64,000 bases of DNA, taken from positions 52,886,001 through 52,950,000 of the forward strand of contig NC_083239.1 in assembly GCF_032191835.1 (NCBI RefSeq), written 5' to 3'. Positions 12,029-22,210 of this stretch are shown piece by piece. Each line of letters starts with the position of its first letter. Within the stretch, counting starts at the first letter, position 1. The translations under genes were made by a program, and so were the position numbers. Under the pieces are notes generated by a model. That model worked only from the letters and a program-made list of their open reading frames with translations, had not been told where the DNA came from and searched no databases. This DNA comes from Heteronotia binoei (taxonomy: Eukaryota).

Positions 12029-12769
12029 CTGTACAGCACATTATAAACTATACAATAACGATAGAAGCCAGCGGTGCTAGGGCCTTTTAAAGTAACAGAA
12101 ACGCCAAGGGACCAAAAAAACCCATCCCCAAATGAATAGCTATACGTCCAAACTTGGAAATAGTCCAACTGAAATTCACAAGGTGGGTGCTTCTGAGGAA
12201 CGTAGCTTCAACGCAGCCGCTCTCTTAAAAAGACGTCTCTCTAGATTTTGATGACGTTTCAATTGGTGTTATTTACTTAAAATGCAAATATTTAAAGGTA
12301 CCCTTAACTATTAAAACAAAAATTTATATTCTTTTTTTTTTTAACTTAATCATTATCAAAAATTGTCCAATGTCCTTTTATTTTCCACTCTTTTCCTACA
12401 TATCTTCTGCTGGCAACTCACAACAGTTCTCACTCCCAAGCAACGTGACTGCTGTCTGTGGGCCAGGGTTCATGGGAATCTGTGCTTTGTAAACCCTTGG
12501 ATTTATGTACAAATTACCTACTTGGTTCAAATCGTTTGTCAGGGATAGGACTCAAAGGGTTGCTATCAGAAAGCAGCAGTCATTGGTATGGGACCAATCT
12601 CGTGGGGTTCCTAAGGCACAGCGGTATCCCCCATGCTTTTCAAATCTCTCATATATGTAAAGCTCTGAAGACAAATCATTCATCGCTTTGGGGTTTGTTG
12701 TCATCAATATGCTGATGATACCTAGCTCTTTTTCCTTCTGTTATCCAAATCCCTTATTGGTGATGCGGA

Positions 12770-13070
12770 AGAGATCCTGATATACTACCTGGGTGCAGCG
12801 GTTCACTGGCTAAAAATGGACAGATCAGAACTAAACCCTGAAAATGCAGAGGTAATGCTGATTGGGAAGGCAGAGGCCAAGAAGGTCATTTTCCTCCCCT
12901 CTTTTGATGGAGTTCAACTGACCCTTGCTGACTCGGTTAAAAGTTTGGGGGGTTATACTGGATCCAGCTTGATTACTGGAGAAGCATGTGAATGCAGATC
13001 CTAAAAAGGCTTTCTTCCAACTTAGCATAGCCCGTAAGATGGCCCCGTACCTTGACATACCTCTGAGGGT
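12770..13070 (+). mobile_element. L2-type LINE fragment; others at 17640-17940 and 63040-63510
   Basis: Remnants of LNPxKTEVxL, LTLADSVKSLG and AFFQL; at 63 kb, VLVITFKALYGLGPAYLRDRL. Confidence 0.7.
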
Positions 13071-14339
13071 GCAGCCTGGAGAGGGTGGGGTTTGGAGGGG
13101 AGAGACCTCAGTGGAATGTAATGCCATGGAGTCCACCCTCCAAAGCAACCATTTGAAACGGATAGAAGGAAGTACTTCTTCACCCAAAGGGTGATTAACA
13201 CGTGGAATTCACTGCCACAGGAGGTGGCGGCGGCGGCTACAAGCATAGCCAGCTTCAAGAGGGGGTTAGATTAAAATATGGAGCAGAGGCCCCTCAGTGG
13301 CTATTAGCCACAGTGTGTGTGTGTGTATATATATTTAGCCACTGTGTGACACAGGGTGTTGGACTGGATGGGCCATTGGCCTGATCCAACATGGCTTCTC
13401 TTATGTTCTTATTTTCTCCATGAGAACTAATCTTGGTATTATGGAGACCAGCTGTAACTTCGAGAGAGTTTCAGGCCCCGCCTGGAGGCTGGCAACCTAG
13501 TCTTAATGTCTCACATGCAGAGCGTAAGACGTACTAGACAGATATATTGAACTCACGGCTAATTAATGTTAAAATATTTTTGATGGTGTCGGGCAGTTTC
13601 TTCCATCCCCTCTCCCCTTTTTGTTGCAGCATTTCAAATAAAATAATCAAGCCACGCTCCTGACAACGGGGGATGATTTGAGGCTTAACTGGCAGCCAAA
13701 CAAACACCCACACAAAAGGCATTACCCACCTAAGCCAAAGGTATCTGCGTTGGCTTTTCTTACAACATTACAAAACCACAAATATTCAAGGAGGCATCCG
13801 ACCGCAGCCTTGGAGCAGCTTCCCATTCATAAAGCGAGTCATAACGAGGACGTAATTAAATCCGAGGTGCTGCTAATTGCTGTTCCTCCGAGCTGCACAA
13901 GAATCGATGCCAAGAACGCAGCTGACTTAAGCCACTGCATCACCATCTTATAATTTTGTACCATCCAGGTAGCGTATTGTGAGGTTTTAATCTCTCTCTC
14001 TCTCTCTCTCTCTCTCAAAAAAAGGATATTTTTCACCTAGATTTGAATCCAGTTGCACCGTAAGAACCCAGCAAGATTTTCAGGGAATGAGCTTCTAAGA
14101 GTTCAAGCTCCCTTGCCAACCTCCAGGTGGGTAGCTGGAGTTTTCCCAAAAGTACCCCTCATCTCCAGACGCCAGAGATCAGCTCTCCTGGGGAAAACAG
14201 CTGCTTTGGAGAGGGGACATTATGGCATTATACCCTGCTGAGAGTCTCTTCCCTCCCTAAACCTTCTCCAGGTTCTATCCCACAAATCTCCAAAAACTTC
14301 TCAAACGAGTTGGCAACCCAATGTTTCATGATTATGGTG

Positions 14340-14690
14340 GTAGTGCTGATGGTGATGATGATATTGGATTTTATACCCCACCCTTCACTCTGAATCTCAG
14401 AGCAGCTTACAATCTCCTTTACACCTTTCTTCCCCACAACACCCTGTGAGGTAGGTGGGGCTGAGAGAGCTCTCACAGCAGCTGCCCTTTCAAGGACAGA
14501 GTCTCAGAGCAGCCTACAATCTCCTTTGCCTTCCTCCCCACAACAGACATCCTGTGACGTGGGTGGGGCTGAGAGAGCTCTGACAGAAGCTGCCCTTTCA
14601 AGGAGAGCTCTGCAAGAGCTATGGCTGACCCAAGGCCATTCCAGCAGCTGCAAGTGGGGGATCAAACCCGGTTCTCCCAGGTAACATAGC
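14340..14690 (-). mobile_element. Squam3-like SINE with internal duplication
   Basis: Junction tttcaaggaca|gagtctcagag, which is also the junction of the 29.5 kb array. Confidence 0.8.
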
Positions 14691-15106
14691 TCACAAATGG
14701 AGCTTTTGACTCTCAAAAGTTCGTATGCCAAAAATCTAGTTGCTCTGTAAGGAGCGACTAGACTCAAATTGAGGTGCAGTCCAACGCAGTTACTCTCTGA
14801 AAGATTTTTTCAAGAAGCTGCTAATTTAAGCATTCGATTAATGTACAGGCTGGCAAGATTGAATCTAAACATATCCGATTTATCCCGTGAATAAAACTCA
14901 TACATTATTTGGGACCTCCAGTTTCAGAAGATTCCCACAAAAACACAAATCTCCCCAACTGTGCTCCTTAGGAAGGGAGCAGGCATCAGATCCAAACCCG
15001 CTGGACCAGCTCGAATGCTCGAATTTTGCAGCCACAGCGAGCCCAGTTTTCTCACTTCAGCCTCCGCTATCCATTCTGGCGCACACACCAGAGGCTTGGA
15101 CCCGAA

Positions 15107-15418
15107 TCATTGGTGAAGATTTTCCCTGGAAATGTTCAAGGACAACCGGCTTCCTCTCAAGGCATTCTCCTGCAATCCTAACCAGTTCTTCTCCTTGCAC
15201 AGCAAGGCTGGGGATGCCGTGGGAGGGAAGGAACCCTGCGGAGGAACTGAGTCGAAGAAATACACGCTGAAGGTCATCCATTCCCCAAGGCCCATCCCCA
15301 GAGCCTCTCGGATTTCGTTTCTGTCGCTATAAACCAAGGCCCTGCCACTCAAATTGTGCTCCTTCAGCCTCGCTTTGTACCGCTGGGCGTTTTCCTTCTT
15401 CAAGTCCAGTTTGTCCAT
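15107..15418 (-). CDS. NKPD1: NKPD1-like paralog 2, proximal terminal SAM-like exon (103 aa plus stop)
   Basis: Acceptor ttttgcttttggtttttctgcag|ATG, phase 0, matches the phase-0 donor at 18185. Continues ..RMSVEEVCRE into MDKLDLKKENAQRYKARLKEHNLSGRALVYSDRNEIREALGMGLGEWMTFSVYFF. Confidence 0.85.
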   Translation of the reverse strand: MDKLDLKKENAQRYKARLKEHNLSGRALVYSDRNEIREALGMGLGEWMTFSVYFFDSVPPQGSFPPTASPALLCKEKNWLGLQENALRGSRLSLNISRENLHQ

Positions 15419-16074
15419 CTGCAGAAAAACCAAAAGCAAAAGGTTGAAAGAGACAATTCCATCCCACGCAGCACGAGTGCTTTAAACCATCCCTCCCAGA
15501 GGACCGGGAACTGACGGGCTGAAATCAGCTGGTGAAATGGAACTAAACATCTGTATCATCCCAGAATAGGATGCCAACCTCCAGCTGGGGCCTGGATATC
15601 TCCCAGAATTACAACTGAACCCCAGACATCAGAGATCAGCTCCCCTAAAGAAAATGGCTGCTTTGGAAGGTAATAATAATAATAATACATTTTATTTGTA
15701 TCCCACCCTCCCTGCCGAAGCAGGCTCAGGGCGGCTCACAACATGTAAATTCGATATACAATAAAACATTCATACAATTCAATAAATAATACATTAAATA
15801 AAACCATCATTTTAAACCCACATTACTATTAAAAATTAACATTTATGGTGCTACATCTCAGACCTCCAGTGTATTTAGTGGTGGAAACGTCAACAGCGGA
15901 TAGACCCTATGGAGTTATTACCCCACTGAGTTCTCTGCCCTCCCCAGATTCCACTCCACAAATCTCCAAGGATTTTCTAACCTGGTATTGGGCATCCTAA
16001 ACCCAGGAAGGTGCAGAGATCCACAGTTGACCACATGGCTGTCCAAAGAAGGTCACTTGCAGAAGGGAGAGTTA

Positions 16075-17133
16075 AAGGTTAATGGTAGGAAGTCCTTCTT
16101 CACCCAAAGGGTGATTAACATGTGGAATTCACTGCCACAGGAGGTGGTGGCAGCTACAAGCATAGCCACCTTCAAGAGGGGGTTAGATAAAAATATGGAG
16201 CAGAGGTCCATCAGTGGCTATTAGCCACAGTGTGTATAGATATGTGTGTGTGTGTGTATACACACATATATTGGCCACTGTGTGACACAGAGTGTTGGAC
16301 TGGATGGGCCATTGGCCCGATCCAACATGGCTTCTCTTATGTGACACAGAGTGTTGGAATGGATGGGCCACTGGCCTGATCCAACATAGCTTCTCTTATG
16401 TTCTTCTGTGACACAGAGTGTTGGACTGGATGGGCCATTGGCCTGATCCAACGTGGCTTCTCTTATGTTTTTATGTGACACAGTGTTGGGCTGGATGGGC
16501 CATTGGCCTGATCCAACATGGCTTCTCTTATGTGACACAGAGTGTTGGACTGGATGGGCCATTGGCCTGATCCAACATGGCTTCTCTTATGTTCTTATGT
16601 GACACAGAGTATTGGACTGGATGGGCCATTGGCCTGATCCAACATGGCTTCTCTTATGTTCTTGTGTGACACAGAGTGTTGGGCTGGATGGGCCATTGGC
16701 CTGATCCAACATGGCTTCTCTTATGTTCTTATGTGACACAGAGTGTTGGAATGGATGGGCCATTGGCCTGATCCAACATATCTTCTCTTATGTTCTTATC
16801 TGACACAGAGTGTTGGACTGGATGGGCCATTGGCCTGATGCAACATGGCTTCTCTTATGTTCTTGTGTGACACAGAGTGTTGGACTGGATGGGCCATTGG
16901 CTTGATCCAACATGGCTTCTCTTATGTTCTTATGTGACACAGAGTGTTGGACTGGATGGGCCATTGGCCTGATCCAACATGGCTTCTCTTATGTTCTTAT
17001 GTGACACAGAGTGTTGGACTGGATGGGCCGTTGGCCTGATCCAACATATCTTCTCTTATGTTCTTATCTGACACAGAGTGTTGGACTGGATGGGCCATTG
17101 GCCTGATCCAACATGGCTTCTCTTATGTTCTTA
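16075..17133 (+). repeat. CR1 3' end followed by about 13 tandem copies of its 57-67 bp terminal unit
   Basis: Unit tgtgacacagagtgttggactggatgggccattggcctgatccaacatggcttctcttatgttctta, main period 67. Confidence 0.9.
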
Positions 17134-18184
17134 GAGTTCGTTCTAGGACAGGCGTGGCCAAACTGCAGCTCAGGAGCCACATGTGGCCTTTTCATTCATA
17201 TTGTGCGGCTCTTGAACCCCCCCCCCCCCCACTGCCCATTGGCTGACCTGGCAAAGGCATACCTCTCTCTAAATCACCTCTCCCAGTCGGTGGCTTGAAG
17301 AATGCGTTTAAAGTTGCTTTCTTTCCTCCTCTTCCTCCCTCCCCTATCTATTTTCCTTCCTTTCTTCTGTCCATCCGTCTGTCTTGCAACTCTCAAACAT
17401 CTCACATTCACGTCTTGCGGTTCTCGAACATCTGATGTTTATTCGATGTGGATCGTTAAGCAAGTTTGGCCACCCCTGGTCTAGGATGTCAGTGCATTAA
17501 GGTTAGCATACATATCTTCCCTCTCCCTTTTTCAAGTACAGCCACTGGGATTGCTTTCTCACAAAAGATAATAGGATGGGGGGGGGGGGGTTTGGAATAT
17601 TAACCCTTTCTTTCCCTGCCATTTTCTTGCTGGAAAAAGACATGCACCCCAAAACTGCTTTTACTCCGTCCTGCTGGGGAAAACTGAGAGATGCCTGTCA
17701 TGTACTGACTTACAGAGGTGCCTTAAGGACTGCTTTCTCCCACCTAAACCTACCCAATCTCTCCAACCATCTCTGGAAGTCCTGCTACAGTTCCCCTGGC
17801 CATCTAACGCTAGGCAAGTGACAACCTGAGAAAAAGCTTTTTGGCCATCTGAAGCCAGACACATGGCAACCCAGAAAGGGCCTTCTTCATCGTGGCCCCA
17901 AAACTTTGGAACTCCTTCCTCAGGGAGAATTGTCAATCTCTTTCATCAGTGTCTTCCGCCCATATGTGAGGATTTTTTCCCCCCGTTTCATTTGGCATAC
18001 CACCGCTAACGGTTACTGGCCCTCCTCCCTGGCTCTGGTGTTATTTGTGTATGTGTTTTTATTGAATTATGTTATCATTTAAAATGTTTTTTTTAATTCT
18101 TCGAATTTTTTAATATGCGCCATCTTGGGAACCCCGAGACTCCCAATTCCTGGCACTGAGAGATACAATCCCGCTTCCACCTAC

Positions 18185-20019
18185 CTCCCGGCAGACTTCT
18201 TCCACCGACATCCTCATCAACACGCATTTGGAGAGCCCCAGAGACTTCTTCGTCCTCTTCAGGCTGTGGCTGCCCCGCAACAACTCCATGTGCCTCTTCA
18301 AGGAGGAGTCCAAGTTGACCGTAAAGGGCAGGAAGAAGAGGGCGTCCTCCACCTGGAACCGGCCACAGAGAAAGATTTGGAACAGCTCAGGGTCCCCGTC
18401 CAACTCTAGTAGTTTCTCCAACTGAGCTCTGAACATGTCGAGCTCCTCCACGTACTTCTCGTACACATCCCAGAGGAAGAGGTTGTGGGCCAAGTGGCAC
18501 CCGTGTGACAAGCCCAAGTGACTCGTCTGCTCGTCGTCCTCAATGCACTGCAGGATCCAGCTCAAGCGGCAAGGCCACTGGTTGGCTAGGAGGACCCAGG
18601 CTGCTGCCTTCCGCGGGCACAGCTTCTCCCGGGGGACTTCTGTCGCCATGAGTCTGACCGTGACAGAGATGCTGTTGACAATCCTTTTCATCTGCACCAG
18701 GTTGTCCGTCATGTATTCTTTCATGCTTTCGTCCTGGAGGAACTCCAGAGCCTCCTGGATTAGGTCTTTGGCTTTGAAGCCTTTCCCACACCTCCCTTTG
18801 GGTGGCTTTTGCCGTTCAGGAACCACAACCACCAAAGGTATCTCAGCATCTTTTTTTTCCTGCCTGAGCCTGTTATAGTCCACAGAATCCCCACAAGGAC
18901 ACAAAGCTGATCCTGGATCCTGAACAGAATCCCCACAAGAGCACAAGGCCTGGTTTTCTCCCGTGTTTCTCTGCTGGGAATCCGCTTTGAGTTCTTCCTC
19001 GTCTTCAAAGCTTTTCTCCAGCTCGTGTCTCCAGTCCACAATATTTTTAATCATCTGCATCTTGGTCTCGCAGTCCATCTTGGGAACCGAGAAGGGCAAA
19101 GTGATGATGCGGTTCAAGAACTCGTAGCCATTGTTGGCCATGCCTTTCATGAACAAGGAACTCTCTACACAGCCCACAATCACACTCGGGTCCACCGCCA
19201 GGATGGAGATGAAGGGTGCCTCATAGTCCGAGAGAAGGATGTTCATGGCATCCAGGACACCCACCACTTTGTCAGGGCTACACCGGTCCAAGCTGGAGAT
19301 CACCAGCACCACACGGAGCTTCCTCCGTTGGAAGATCTCCATGAACCGGAGGAACCTGGCGACGACCTTGACTTCCCTCTTGACGTTGCTCATGAAACCC
19401 AGCTGGGCGCTGAGGTCTGTCCGGTTCATCTGCCTCTCCAGCTGCGCCTTCTGAGTGATGATGACATTCCTTGCCACCATGATAGCCATCCTGATACCCG
19501 CCGCCACAGTGAAGCCGACCGCCGTGGCCCCGACACCCTCGACGAGAGCAATGGCGTCTCCTGAAGTGTCACCAACAGGTATCCCAAACATAAAGATGAG
19601 GACGGCCACCCCAATGGCCACTCCAGAAACTAGGACGACAGCAGCCCACAATGGAAGGCAGAGGAATTTCTTGCTGACCCATTCTTTATCGAGAGGTGCA
19701 TGAACAATACCAGATTTTCTGCCCACAGCCCTGTAGAGACTCATGGGGGCAAGACCGAAATAACCCTCGATACCATCACACAGAGCAGTAATCAGTCCTG
19801 CCCAGAGTTGATCGCTGCCAGCGTATTCCCAGGCGCTAAAATGGATAAAGAGGTGCCGCACGTTCTTCCTTTGCTTGTGCTGCAGGGTCAGGACGGGACG
19901 GTAGAATATCATAAGGAAGACGAGAGAGACCAGATCCCAGCCTGAGGCCTCGCGCTGTTTTGTCCTCGTCCGCTGAAACTCCTGCTCGTCTTTTTTCAGC
20001 GACTGAAGACGCATGTACT
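18185..20019 (-). CDS. NKPD1: NKPD1-like paralog 2, large 1835-nt exon: KAP-family P-loop domain with two hydrophobic helices
   Basis: Motifs FIHFSAWEYAGSDQLWAGL, QLGFMSNVKREV, LRVVLVISSLDRC, NGYEFLNRIITLPFSVP, AWVLLANQWPCRLSW and LLELDGDPELF are diagnostic of NKPD1. Acceptor tttcccctcag|ag (phase 1), donor gag|gtaggt (phase 0). Confidence 0.95.
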
Positions 20020-21047
20020 CTGAGGGGAAAAAGAAAATATTTAGGCCACAGATTCTTGTGAACTGTAAGCCTGTTTTGATACCCATTCATTGTATAACAC
20101 TTTGATTTTGGAAATCACTTGAGAACCGATTCGAACCAGCTGTTCAGCTGGACACTAAGAATCCTTGGGCACAGCAAAATCCGTGCATTTGTTTATTTCC
20201 TTTCCTTACAGTGCACCTTTCTTGCGAGACTGAAAGCAGATTACATGGCATAAAACAGTGCAAATAGCACAGGAGATCTCATAGGCAATGCAATAGAATT
20301 AGCCTTACAAAAATGAGAAAGTGCGAAACAATAACTATCAGGTAAGCGGTGCAGAAAATGGAATTCAAATGGAAAGAAGAAAAAGGGCAGGAGATAAAGG
20401 ACCAAAAGGGCAGGTTCCCTAGTCCAAAAAATTGTGAACAAGGGCTACTGTAGGAGCAGTATTTGGGGGAGGGTTTTCATTTAATTGTGTATCAGGGAAC
20501 TCTTCCGCCATTGTTGGGCAGAGCTCCAACTATGAATTGATGCCTCAAATTATTTTCTGTGCCCCCCCTGCCCCCGCTATGTGGGACCATGGAGTTGGGT
20601 AAAGGTTAATGGTAGGAAGTCCTTCTTCACCCAAAGGGTGATTAACATGTGGAATTCACTGCCACAGGAGGTGGTGGTGGCTACAAGCATAGACAGCTTC
20701 AAGAGGGGGTTAGATAAAAATATGGAGCAGAGGTCCATCAGTGGCTATTAGCCACAGTGTGCAGAGAATTCTTCTGGAATCGAGATCACATAGTAGGACA
20801 GTGGGAGAGGCTCAATCGACTGCATCCAACCTGTGTCAACAAGGATAACCCCATGAGAAACGGAGATGGATACCTCCCCTTGGTGGTTTTCACTCTTAAG
20901 AGGCTCGTCCTCTGCTCTCTCTCTACTGACTCTTTCTAATACGACCTCCTCATCCAGCAGGAGTTAGCTACATAGCCTATGGAATTCATTTCCACTGGAC
21001 AAGGCATGTCATTATCTTGCTCTCTAAAGCCGGGTGCAAGAACTTAC

Positions 21048-21179
21048 CTTGGATCCTGCCCAAGAGAAAGCTTGTGCAGTGTCCCCATGGGGCATAGAAG
21101 CCCACCGTCACAGGAGTGGCGACACAGTAGAGGGCCTTCGCTAAGGAGAAGCAGTAGGCGTCGTCTTTGTTCTGGAATT
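21048..21179 (-). CDS. NKPD1: NKPD1-like paralog 2, 132-nt Walker A exon
   Basis: EFQNKDDAYCFSLAKALYCVATPVTVGFYAPWGHCTSFLLGRIQ. Acceptor gatgcag|aa, donor caag|gtaagt. G plus AG gives Glu in frame with the large exon. Confidence 0.9.
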
Positions 21180-21589
21180 CTGCATCCGGAGCCAGGTGGG
21201 TGAGAACAGAAGACAAACCCATGTGAGCCCAGGCAGAGAGTGGTCTTAAATGCCACCATGGGAGCCCTTTTAGTTGAAATGCTGACAAGGGTGAAATTTA
21301 CGCTATTCGAGACGTTTATTTTAAAGCCATATTTCCAAATCAATCCCGCTATCAACATTTGTGTTTACGTCAGCCCCGTCTGCACTCCACCATTTTACTT
21401 TTGCAGAAGTAAAATAGTTCTGATAACCACCACCCTTTTGCTCCCTGCACATGACAACCCCCTGGAGCACCTGTCTCGTACTCTCCCACGTGGTAGAAAT
21501 CAGTGTAGGCTACAGGAGGCCGTCTAGCCACGGATTACTGCCCCGCAGGACCAAAGCATTTGATCTCTGCTGTTGGGCTCACGATTCAC

Positions 21590-22210
21590 TGGCAGAGCAT
21601 TCTCTTTGTCAGCAGCATGGCCACAAAGACAGAGATGGCATCTACGGGAAGAGACGGTCCCACAGGTATGTTGGTCCCAGGCCGCGTAAGGCTTTAAAAG
21701 TCAACACTAACACCTTGAAACAGATCCGGTACTCTATAGGCAGCCAGTGCAGGCCACGGAGCATCTGCCACATGCTCACCCGTACAGGCGATACAGTCAG
21801 CAGGCGAGCCGCCGCATTCTGCGCCCGCTGCAGTTTCCGGATCAGTTTCAAAGGCAAGCCAGCGTACAGAGAGCTACAGTAATCTAGTCTGGAAGTGACC
21901 ATTGCAGGGGTCACTGTGGTCAGGTCTTGAGGGAGGGGGGAGATAGATATGGTGCTAGTTGCCTGATCTGCTGTAGATGGTAGAAGTCAGACCTGGCAGC
22001 CGCTGTGACCTGGGCCTCCACAGAAAGTGAGGCATCCAGCATCACTCCCAAACTCTTCACCTGTTGGGTCGGCACTAAAGCAGCGCCGTCCAAGGCTGGG
22101 AGTTGGGTGCACGAATGCCCCCCCCCTCGACTCAGGCACAGGAACTCCGTCTTAGTTAGATTTAACTTCAGTCATCTTATATTGTCCTGCTGGACCATCC
22201 TGTTTTACTG
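21590..22210 (-). mobile_element. L2 LINE ORF2 fragment
   Basis: AMVTSRLDYCSSLYAGLPLKLIRKLQRAQNAAARLL..LHWLPIEYRICFKVLVLTFKAL. Confidence 0.85.

Noticed and set aside
16272-17133. CRISPR-like appearance of this and other arrays (29.5, 35.5, 37, 43, 46.5 and 58 kb)
   Set aside because: The units are contiguous with no unique spacers, derive from host retroelements, and lie in a vertebrate context with no cas genes.
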